64,000 nt of DNA. Source: Bugula neritina. Its lineage: Eukaryota; Animalia; Bryozoa. The notes beneath the pieces are model-generated. The model ran no database searches. It was given only the letters and a program-made list of their open reading frames with translations, and was not told where the DNA came from. The DNA lies in the NCBI GenBank assembly GCA_964035545.1, contig OZ037768.1, positions 20,877,700 through 20,941,699 of the forward strand. The letters run 5' to 3'. Position 1 is the first letter of the stretch, and each line of letters starts with the position of its first letter. Position numbers and translations under genes: made by a program. Shown here in pieces: positions 25,631 to 37,500 of the stretch.

Positions 25631-27518
25631 CTAGTCATCTTCGTCCGACTCGATTCTGTTTCGCCGCTTTGCTACTGGTGCACTTTCCTCGTCACTATCT
25701 GTGGGGACATCACGATGTTTGTCAGATTTACTTTCTTCTGCCTCTTCGTGTTGAGTTTCATCATCAATTTCATTGGAGAGTTCCGAGCTGCATAAAATCA
25801 ACAGTCATGAATGAGGAACCAGTTTAGCAAAAAGTATACCATTCAATTTGTAGTCAAGTTTAAAATTAGATAGAGTTGGGCTAATTTAGAGAGATATGTA
25901 CAATTGTATTAACCTATTGCCCTACTATTTCCCACATAAAATGATGCAGCTTCATTCACATAGCAGGCAATCAAATGAATAATTACTGCCTAGTATCAAC
26001 TGTAGCTGTGATTGCATAGTAAAATTGCTTTAGATTAGAGATGAAATGCATACAAATAGATCAATGGTTCGGCAAAATTTAGAGTTATCTTTTCTTGAAA
26101 TGATCAGTGCTGACTTAAAACTGTAACTTGAGGTTATCAGTTCCTTAGCTTTTTTAACGAAATCTAAAGTATTTCCCATTTTCAATTTGCAAAATAGAGC
26201 ACATGGCGAGCATGAATTTTTACTCCCTCTTCAATCACATTCAATCTTACATACATTTTTGAGTCTTTCTTGGGCTTTTTGCCTTTTTGTGGTTGTTTCC
26301 CCTTTGATCGTTTGGTGCGAGTTGGAGATTCCTTCTCCTCATCATTTGTAACTACTCGCTCATTCTCCTTATCATCATCTACCTCCTTGTCATCAGTCGA
26401 TACGTCTTTCCTAGATGTGAATGTGAAAAATGATTTGACACTTTTCTGCCATTCTGGGGTAGGCTGAGGACAGTAGGGCAAACCAGTGCTTGGACCTTTC
26501 TTTTTACCTGGAATATAATAGCAGCATAAAAATAGGCAGGAGATAGCTGTAAAGATGAAACTTATGTAAGTTTAAATGTTGGATATAAACTTTTATTCCC
26601 TCAGGCAATTTCACCTTGAACAAATTAAGAGAAGGTTTATAGGTGACTATGTCAAATTTCTTGATACTATACTATGGTAGTTATCTAGGAGAGAAGGTAG
26701 CATCAGCTAGCAACAATTTGGAGACAGCAGGCGAATTGCTTGGTCACCTTACTATTATCCTATGCACTGTTTGCAAGAAAAACCATTACCCAATTAATTC
26801 AATTAAATGCACACACTGATTTGTCTTTAGAATAAAAATTGACCAATACTATGAAATGTAGTAAAGCTATCACTTGACTCACTTGGGTCTACTGGAGATG
26901 AGCTGCTACAAGCCCCACTATTGGACACCAACTGCTTCCTTGGAGCTTTCGAGCCAACAACTACAATACAAAATCATGATATTAATATTTAATATAATTA
27001 TTTTCATCGCCTGATCACTCTATTCACTATGAGTATGTGAATGTCTATTCATATTGAGTATTGACTCCATCTGATTAGAGTAAGTGTAAAACCAATATTA
27101 AAAGTAAGTATAACTCTAGTACTAACAATAATTCATAACGACAGTTACTGTTACAGCAACTGTAAGTCATAAGTGTTAGTGTAAGTGTTACACTTAGTCT
27201 TAATCTAACTCTAGACGACTAGAGTCTAAACCTTACACTTACACTCACAGTTAGTGTTACAGTTAGTGTTACACTTACACTTAGTATTACAGTTGCTGAG
27301 TTACTCACTTACTGAGTAACTACAAATCAGTAAAATTAGAAGTTAGAGTAAGTCTAAAAGGAACTGTAAGTTATTTAGTAAGTGTAAGATTAAGAGTAAC
27401 TGTTCTTGTAAGAGTAAGACTAAGAGTACTAAGAGTTACTCATACTGTCAATCATTAAATTAATGACAAACTGAAACTCACCTTTAGTTGTAGCACCATC
27501 GCCTTTTGTCCTCACCAT
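25631..27518 (-). CDS. PCLAF: PCNA-associated factor (PAF15/KIAA0101), 174 aa with acidic C-terminal extension
   Basis: Exons 27518-27482, 26960-26883, 26507-26255, 25787-25631: MVRTKGDG..KVVGSKAPRKQL..PYCPQPTPEWQKSVKSFF (PIP box)..DKENE (KEN box). Confidence 0.92.
27040..27460. repeat. Hexamer-periodic tract in PCLAF intron 1
   Basis: TTACAC/TTAGTG/TAAGTG/TAAGAG/TAACTC register. Confidence 0.8.
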
Positions 27519-27632
27519 TTTTTATGAATATGCTCTTGTAAAAAGTAAAACTGTACTACTAAAAATAAATTATGCTTTTAATACACACTGAGTTTCTTAT
27601 TCAGGTTTTACCATGAAATAAGGCTGCTTTAA

Positions 27633-28544
27633 TTTGAAATAATAAAAGTCAACTTGAGGATGAGCACCAGTACTGAGTGAGTACTTTATTTTACAGTTCC
27701 GCGGCTTTTTGGCGTAGCAACAACGAGTCGATTTTTTTTTCTTTGAATAAAGGCCATGTGAGTTAAGTAGATCGTAGTTGATTTGTTATATACTTAGCCA
27801 ACTTGTATTTTAAATACAATTAGTTATATATCTTTGACTAAGTAAAATGAATCTATTTGTTTAAAATACAGTTTAATTTTTGTCAATATTGCTAAACATA
27901 AAAGTTGATAATATTTTAATATTTTGAAGGGAGTAAATAATAACAAGCTTTTCCGTCGACAACACGTGATATTAATGCAACTTTGAAAGCATGTTATTGG
28001 TCAATAGCTTTTAGTTGTGTACACGTGCCCTCATAACCAGGTGGATGCGCCTTGTGGGTGAAATTGAGCTTGGTTTAACGGTATTTTCTCTCCGTTTATG
28101 GTTTTAAATTCAATTTCATGTTGAGTTCCTAGTGAAAACGCGGTTCGAATAGTAAACTAGCTGCCTAATTATATCTGAATTAGCAACATGAGTCTTGAAA
28201 CGTTGTTAGAAGCAGCTGAGTTTCTGGAATGGAACAAGTCGAGTGGGAAGAAATCGTCACGTGGTTCGTTATACTTATTGGTGGTTATTTTACTTTGATT
28301 ACTTTAGCTACTTATTCAGTGACATATGCATATTAACTTTCGCTTTTAGATAGTATGTCAGTTATTCATGTACTGATTAATTTTGCTTTAGGTTTTTAAA
28401 TCAACGTGGTGTAAAGTATAAGTAACTGTAACTAATACTATAGTATAAGTGAGTCAATAAATATAATCATATACGATTGCCCCTTTGTTAAAAAGCCCGG
28501 ATCAAATATGGGCGTGACTACTCTACCAGCACGCTTGTCACGTG
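27633..28544. promoter_or_regulatory. PCLAF/MNT bidirectional promoter with E2F-like and CHR-like motifs and a CACGTG E-box cluster
   Basis: ATGs are 670 bp apart. TTTGAA at 27633 and 27742; TTCCGCGG..TTTTGGCGT at 27697-27715; CACGTG at 27963, 28022, 28258, 28539. Confidence 0.6.
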
Positions 28545-31500
28545 CACAGCGTTATGGTTGACAAAAAAGCGCTTCAAGTTAAATTGGAGGCACTTGTGCC
28601 AAAATTTCACTTAGACATTCAGCGTTGGTTCTATGTCTGATCTTAGTCATTATTAAACAATTGAAATAAAATTTAAAATCATATCACGTTTCAACTGATG
28701 TTTCCCCAAATCTACTTTGTCTTCTAATCATAATTTATAATTATATTCATATTGATATTTAGTTTCATGATGGTTGTACTACTACTTGTAGACGTAGTTG
28801 GATAAAATTAAATGTTATATGCGTGTGCGTGCGTGTGTATGTGTAAACTGTATTAATGTTGTAGGTGATCAATTTTAAAATCAACATCTTAGTCAATTTT
28901 AACCTATAAGATTATAGTAGACCTATATATTATATTAATATATGTATATATACATATTATATTATATGTTACAGCTACAAGGACTTCTAAAAAGGCTGAA
29001 AACTATAAACCTCAATTATTAACTGATCGGAAGAGAAAAGTGTCTGGCACCAAGCCTGTCAAAGTCTTGACTGCGGCAGCAACCAGCGCTGCCTCCGCTT
29101 CTGCTACTACTGTCAGTGATTTCTCATTGGGTGGCTCTTCTACCTTCAGTGACTTAGCGCCAACCGACCAGCAACAGAACATTAGTTTGAAAGAAATTCG
29201 AAAAAGGTAGTATGTAGTCACTATTAGTTGGTGAGTGAGCTTGTGCATTGCTCAGTCACCACAACTATTGGTATTCTAACCCAATGATAGACAGAGAGAA
29301 TTTATGTAGTATGTAGTACATTACTGGTTCTATTTTCTATAGACAAAATGCATGTTGATGTCCCCTATGCCCTCAAAAAACTTTCTTTTTTGGTATATTT
29401 TTTATTGAAAAACTGCCACATATGAAAGTTCGTAGCCCGCTTTAAAAAACCCTTTCCATTATTGGTTTCTTACAGGGATAGTAACTATAAACTTCCGTGA
29501 GTTTTTTACTGAAATAGTGTCTCTAACAACTTTTTCTAAAAATATTTGAAAATCGAGTCTAAATGTAAGTTTTTATGTCTACTTTTTATGATTATGCTTT
29601 CAGCCTCGGCAACCGGGAGACGCATAACAAGCTAGAGAAAAATAGGTTAGTATTTCCTCATGTCTTCAAGTATTGTTACATTTGCTTAGGATATCCCCTT
29701 CAGTTTCTATTGCTTACTCAGTTTTCCCAACATGGCATCTCGAGGCGTTTCAGTACAGAAGGGTTATTTAAATGGACATGCTTTTCTGTGTCTGCATAAA
29801 TCAGATGCTTGCTGTTTCTTTTACTGTGTCTGGCAAACTGCCTGTCCATATTCAATCTTGAGAGGGAATAATTCCATATATTTGGTTCAGTCATTTTTTG
29901 TTTAAAAATTTACATTTTTGTTGTCTTCTCCTGCAAATTGGTTTCCACCTGCATGCTACATCTACACTGTTATTCTGACTTTCCTGTTATAGCATGATTA
30001 TAATTTGTTTTTTTTTTTCAAAGAAGTTTTGAAGTTATACACGGTTTATAATGAGAAAGTCAAATTTATTTGACATTTCATTTCATACGTTTTCTCGTAT
30101 CATTTTTTACTTGAAAAATCCTATGATTTGTGAAATTCATCTCTCCTACGGTATCATAGGTTAATGCAAAAGGATTGCAGCAATGATATACCTGTTGTGT
30201 GCCACCTAAAGTGTTTGTGTTTGTAGATTCACAACTGCAATAGTGTAATGAAAATATCTATACAACTGTTATTTATTTTGGATTTTATAAACAGCTATTT
30301 AGTAGTTAGTAGCAGGTAAAAATTCCCTATAGTTTAATTAGAAGACTGTAGCGTCTGGTAAATACTAGATCATCACTAAATCACAGCCGTGTAATACTTA
30401 ATAATGTAGTTCTGATGCTACAGCTTATAGTGTACATTTCATTGCAGTAGCTGCATGTCAACTGTTTCACGTACTACTTACTGTTCACAGGCGGGCTCAT
30501 CTTAGAGAGTGTTTCGATCAGCTAAGAAAAGAACTTCCTTTTGTTGATGAGAGGAGAGCCTCCAACCTTTCCACGTTGAAGAGTGCCATCAGGGTGATTG
30601 AGGTAACCTGCTGACACCTGTCAACTCAACTCTTCTTCAAAACTTCCATCACTATGTTTTCTATTTTTAGCTGTTCTTTCTTTTAAATTATGATTATAAT
30701 TAGAAGCACGTGCTCAAAAGCTGTTGTGCAAATGCTACTGAAAAGTTTAGCACAATACTGGTTTGTTTCCAATCATTATAAAGTTGACGTCAAGTGAAAG
30801 TCAGCAACTTTGTAAACTCTAATGCTTGTGCTGTAAAATTGTCGTGTCTGTGATTAAGAAGCCGTGCACTAGGGCCTATGCACACTGTAACACTCTGAAC
30901 CCATGCTATGTTGTGAAACCTTAACCTATCAGGTTGTAAAGTTTTTCTCATTTCTAACCTTTGACCTCCACCTTTGCCCTTACAGACAACTCCCTTTATA
31001 GAATAGTTGCAAATAGTACTGTGTACCAGCATAAGAGTTGTGTTTTTTATAAAAGTTATCAATACTTGGAGTTGTCATTTCGTGTTTTCTATATATCAGA
31101 ATTTGGCTAGTCGCCACAAGGAGCTAGAAGCTGATAAGAAGAGACTGCAAAGATTGAAGAGCACAAGACAGGCACACATTAACACGTTGAGGTAGGTTTT
31201 CTGTCTGTGTGTCTTCACTGCTTTTTTTCTTTTCAAATAATTAATAAAAACATTTTTTGGATTCGCATTAAACCCTTTTTCATTAATAACCAAACATAGA
31301 ACAGTTCTTTATTATCTGCAAGTTTTGTTAAAATAGTCTTTTATCTGGTTTGCATTAGAGGACAAATATTGCGACAACCTTGTGACTAATTCCCAAGTTA
31401 TTTGTTAATATCTTTAAAACTAGTCTCAAAACGGAAAGATAATCCTTTGTGGTGGTCAACTTGATCATTAATCAAATCTCTAGGGTTTAGTATACATTGT

Positions 31501-34500
31501 CTTTCCAACTTCAGGTCTTGTGGTTCCTTACTGAGTGTAGCTTCTCTTTATACCAAATGCTGAGCCATTTGTTACTCTTATACCCAGTGTTGTGCCCTGG
31601 CAATCACAAGGCTGTCCACAGTTGTTGAAATTAGAATATAGACATTATAATCTTACACGTACTATATTATTATACTAAAATGCCTGGGTGTATCATGTCT
31701 AGCCCACCAATTTCAGAATTTCCAGCGTTTTCAGAGTTGCTTCCCCTTTGTCAGTAAACACTAATGCACAGGAGTGCAGTCAAAGGATGGCATAACGTAA
31801 GCAAGTGGCATTAGTTATGTGCTAATACGCTGCCCAATCTGTGCTGTTATTATTTTCAGTATTAGTAAAATAAAAATGGAATAGCTAGTTTTCACTTTAT
31901 ATAAAGGTCCTCTAAATTCATATTTCGTTTGAAAGTGTAATTTTGTACAAAATTTTTAGCCTTGTGGAGGATTAACGCCAAGGTAACGAATGCAGTTCTG
32001 TAATTCATAATTGGCAATATTTACCTCGTTCCATTTCATTATATTGAAATTGAGAGTGTTGGTCTTTACCAACAGCCATCTTGGTTCATTCTATTCATTG
32101 GGTTATGTACTAAAAACTACTAATGCATTCGTGTGATGACTCAAACACTAAATTGTGGAGGAGTTACACAGACAGATTTGTTAGCGTCTACTCATAACCC
32201 ATTTCAAATAACAAACTTTTTGAGTGTTTTTCAGTTTCGTGGCACCCAGCACTAAACAGCATAGTTTGTATTTGAGATTCTTATATTTAGCTGTGTTTTT
32301 AGAAAAGAACTGCGAGATAAGGGGGTAGAGTACAATATCGAGGACTGGATTGAGGGCACTAAGTCTAGCACTAACTCCACCAGCACAGCATCTGGTAAGC
32401 CGACTCCTTCTTTAGGTAAAATCATTTATCAGTTGTCTTCCCTTGTCAGACTTCATTGAATAGACAACTCTTTATAAACTGTAGCATAAACAAGACTAGC
32501 TTTCCAATTAATTTTAAATTTTATGATGTAAGCTCAAGTTATCTACAGAAGGTCCGAGAAAATGGCTTCCAATTTACTGAAACACAAAGCAATCTTTTTC
32601 ATGAACCAACAAGTTTACTATTTAAACGTAGACAGTGTTTTTAAAAGTTTAGCTACTCCCAAGTTTTTGGCTTTTTACTTTTGCCAAAAACACTGCAATC
32701 ACTAGTTTTCAGCAACTGCTTATAACTAACAACCTGGAAACCACATTCAGCTCAACTACATACAATATAATAATCTGTCGTACCTGAAGAAGTGACCTCA
32801 CCAAGTCACCAACAGTTGGAATAGTCTGTGATTATTCCCAAATAGATATGTTGCATTCTTAACACTGTCACAGCTCTATACAGTAGATATGCTCTTGTAG
32901 ACAACCATAAGTAGTTTTTCTACTCAAATTTTGAAATTACTTTCCGTATAATCAATTGAAAAATTTCTATAGAAAAGAACTTTTTGCATTAGGACGATTC
33001 CATAATCCAAATACACTCTATAAAAAAATACTAGTAGACATTTTAAGCTTATGCAACTTTGCTTTTGTGAAATGCTAGTTCGGGGATTGAACCAAAACTA
33101 GTGATGTAATGAGCATGGGCACATGCTTTGAGCTGTTGTTGAAAGGCATGGTTTGATATTTATAAAAAAGTGTTAGTTCATTGACTGTATTATATTGGCT
33201 TCAATTCTACTAGTTATATTTAACTTCTGTACACGAATCTATTAAAAGAGGTGTTTTTGTCAGTTTTGTGCAGCCATGAAAATGAATGAAGTGCCAAAAT
33301 ATTTTATAAGCATCAGAGTAATGCCAAATCTGTGAACTGGTTAACATCCAGCCTGCCTGCAGTGGAAATGTCATGGTGGGACGTCTGGTAGAGTGTCCTA
33401 GAATTTAAAAAATTACATAAAATCTGTCAATCGGGAAATGTGTGGTAATTTATAAATGACGTTAATCTATGCAGCTCTATAAAAAATATAGTAGACAAGT
33501 GGTTTTTTAGTAAGAGTGAGTAATAGTTTTCAACAAAGAGAAGTTCAACTCTTGAAGCACAAGCTACCAACCATTACTTGAACATATTTTATTTTTGGTG
33601 TCGAACAAACAAGTTAAAAAAACATTAATACCATGATTCATCATAAACACTTTCTTGTGCTATATCCAGATCAACCTGCTAAAATTTTCTGTTTGCCTGA
33701 AGTTGACAGTCGAGTCAAAACTACTTTTTTTTATTTACATACTGCAACTTTCTTACAGTCTTTCTGACTTCCCGTATTGGTCATGAAACTTGCCAGAAGT
33801 TGTTATCTGTCAATATCTGGCATAGAAGAAGCGCATATCCTTCTGATATAGCCTCTTTCACTGACTACCTGTAGAATGCGTCACTATCTACCTGTAGAAT
33901 GCGTCACTATCTACCTGTAGAATGTGTCACTATCTACCTGTAGAATGTGTCACCAACCACCTGTAGAATGTGTCACTAACTACCTGTAGAATGTGTCACT
34001 AACTGACTACCTGCAGAATGTGTCACTAACTGACTACCTGCAGAATGTGTCACCAACCACCTGTAGGACGTGTCACTATCTACTTGTAGAATGTGTTACT
34101 GGTTGGCTACTTGTAGAATGTGTCACTAACTACCTGTAGGACGTGTCACTATCTACTTGTAGAATGTGTTACTGGTTGGCTACTTGTAGAATGTGTCACT
34201 AACTACCTGTAGGACGTGTCACTATCTACCTGTAGAATGTGTTCTTAGTTGGCTACTTGTAGAATGTGTTTCTAACTAACTACTTGTAGAATGTGGGGAC
34301 GGGGTAACTGACACTCTAGCTGTGGCAGCTGCCAATAGTGGAGTCCAGAACTTGATTGAAGCTGCTGCTGCTGAACAGCCGAGGAGTATCCAGCCTGCGC
34401 CACTCCCTTCTGGTAAGCTGCTGATTCTTCTCGTAGTTAATCACTCATAGCTGAGTGGCTGGTCGTAACGTTATCACATCCTCCTGGAATTAAGCAGATA

Positions 34501-37500
34501 ATAGTTGTTTACCAAAGACTGGCTGTGAAGATACATGACGCCAAAGCTCACGTGCGAACGTTAGTTGTAATCACCAGTCAAGAAACTCGTATCGCGTAGT
34601 TTAGTGGAGACAGATGAGGAGTAAATGTTTCTAGATTGATTTGTTTGTCTGATGGGAGGTGTTGATGTGTAAAGTGTAGATGACCAACGCTGGGGCCGAG
34701 ATATCTGCGCTATGCCGTGTGAATAAACTCATCAAGTTGGTTCTTTTCTCTGGTCTATAAACATGCAAATTGTAGCGGTGCAATCACCTTAGCCAGCCGT
34801 GACACGCTTAAGATTTTCTTTGTTCAAGTTTGGTAACAGTGAAAAAATTTTATTTGCCCAGAAATTTTTGTTTGTGGCGCGGGTTAAAATCGAACATGAC
34901 TTGCAGAATTGTTTGTGATCTAGAAAACAGACAAATTCCCCATTACTTCACCCACCTCAAGATTTGAGACCAGCTTAACCTGTGATAGTCCTGTGATGTG
35001 TATAATTTGTCGACTGTGGAGTTTGTTTTCAAATATTTTGATGAATATTCGGCCATTATAATAATATATTGTCTCTTATTTAAATGATGTGCCAAAAATA
35101 ACGGTAAACAAAATTCCTATTTGTTGGGACAGGAGTGTATTTAAATATTTGACTGGGTGATGAAGTGTAACGCAGCCAGTGATTTAATACCAGCCCAATC
35201 CAGGGTAGGTGATTGGGAGGTGTGATTCGGCATCACTAAGTTGATAGATTGCTAAATGATGCTTTCCTTAGTGCACTGTGTACTGACAGGCGCTTGTGAC
35301 AGAGAGAGTTGTTGTTGCTTGTAGAGGTGCAGCTGGTTATAAAGCCAGCTCCCAACACTAAGTCTGAGTCAGCAACCAACGTTACCGTGCAGGCCACACC
35401 TCTCCAGACGGTGCACCTGGTACAGCAGGGCGGTCTGACCGCCCAACCCCAGACCCTGATGATGGCTCCCACCCAGCTGGCCGGCACTCTAGTCAACAAG
35501 ATAGTGATTCCTTCCGCCTCCGGAGATGTCCTCCCCAGCACCGCCTCTACCCAGCACCAGCAACTGGCACCTACAAACACCCAAGTACCACAAGGTAACT
35601 CTTACTCCAATTGTTACACTCAGTGCCATTGGCTCAGATCTTACTCCACTTGTTACACTCTGTGCCATTGGTTCAGATCACACAGTATTAACTTGCTGCT
35701 TGACAAATACTTGTTGATTGGAGGCAGTATATTATCTTCTTGTCTGTTAGAAGACCGTCTATAGGTAATTAGGTAAAAATGGCACAGGTGAAAATGGCAC
35801 AAATGGAGCAGTAGGTAAAAATGGCGCACACTGATGTTAAATTTTCCCAGACTCAAACTCTCAAACCTAAGTCCCCTCCCTGTTCCAAACCCCCAACCAC
35901 CACCCGCAAACCCTAATATTGAGTACGTACCATTTTTACCTACTTTGCTTTTTGTGTCATTATTACCAACAATAATTCTGCTATACTTTCAACATAGTCT
36001 ACAAGGGCCCAGTTTAAACTGCATCAACGTGACACGTTATAAAACTAAAACTGACATACCAGAAATAATGATGTTTTCAGAAAATGGCCAGGTATTTTTT
36101 AATAATTAATTGTTCCAATATTCTCATTAATCATGGAAAATCGGCCCAGATTTTCTTCTATGCTAAACAGGATATAATTGCTCCTGACCATAAATAATCA
36201 CTCGGCCTGCAAACCAGGTTATTTTTAGAACACTCAGTAACCAAACATTTATCCACACATTCATCAATGGATGTTTGCTTCCTCCTGGACCATAATTCAT
36301 CTCTCTTAAGCTTCCCGTGTTGCTCAAGGGCATGGATCAGAGTTGAGTCAATATTTGTGACTTCACGTCAAGTTTGGAAAACACCAAGTCCTGGGCGACT
36401 ATGTTATAAAACGTCTTTCTACTTGAGACGTCTAAACAAAACTCTTGTTGAATGAAAACAATGAATATACAAAGATAAATATTGTCCTTTCAAAATTCTC
36501 ACATTAATTATTAATAAAATTATATCCTTTTCAAGTTTTGAACAGGTTGTTTTCTGTTCTTTTTCAATTATGCAAATAGCTTAGCAAAATATATTAGATT
36601 TCGAGGAGTTATCCACTCTCTGTTATCTGCTATTATTTCGCCAACATTTATACAAGTTAAGTCATAGTTGAAAACCTTAATAGTTTCAGTTTAGAGTTAG
36701 TTCAGAGCAAAAGCTCTGGAGCTTTCTGTTTAATGTGTTGATAACTCCCGACATGAATATCACAAATATACAGTAGTATCGCAATTTGAATTGGTACTAA
36801 ATAAATCTACCTTGTAGAATGGTTCTATAAGCAGCACCGAGTTGGGGGTGATTGAGTGCGGTAGCAACTCAGAGCTGCTTATAGAACCATTCTATCTAAT
36901 ATATTTTATCATCATTACATCGGTGAATACATTTCAGTTTTGAAAATAAAAATGAAAACTCTTGATGCATTAAACTATTTACATTTTTCTGTAAATATTT
37001 TGGCAGAGAGTATATGTTGTTAATATTATATTAATTGCTGATTATAATGAAATACCAAGCCTATTTGTCTGAAATTTCTGCTAAATATGACTCGCACTCA
37101 AGAAGCAGGGATTGTTTTGTCTGCCAGATTGTTTATGTTGTGCCTGATCAATAATACTTGATGCATTTTTTTATTTGATTATGTAACTGTATCATGAATT
37201 AAGTTTTCCCTTCTACAACAATTAGTTAAAAACTGTCATATATTTGAGAAATAACACTAGATCAAAAAGGTTGATAAAGCTCTTCTGAGGCCAATTCAAT
37301 TTATAATTAATATGATACCTATGATATAACATATATACTAAAGTACTGCCAAAATATTTATTGAGCATGCATTTTTAGAAAAACATGTAAATATTTAGAT
37401 GTTTCAAATGTTTGTCTGCTTATTTTTAAAACAAATTCATTCAATAGTGTGCTGATACATTCAATGAGAATGACTTCCCAAACATCAACACAATAATATA

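Noticed and set aside
33860-34295. CRISPR-like appearance of short regularly spaced repeats (also 1409-1570)
   Set aside because: Head-to-tail units without unique spacers, inside eukaryotic introns, and no cas genes.
35991-36405. AACATAGTC...GACTATGTT inverted ends suggesting a P-type MITE
   Set aside because: Only 9 bp, no target-site duplication, and no second copy in the window.
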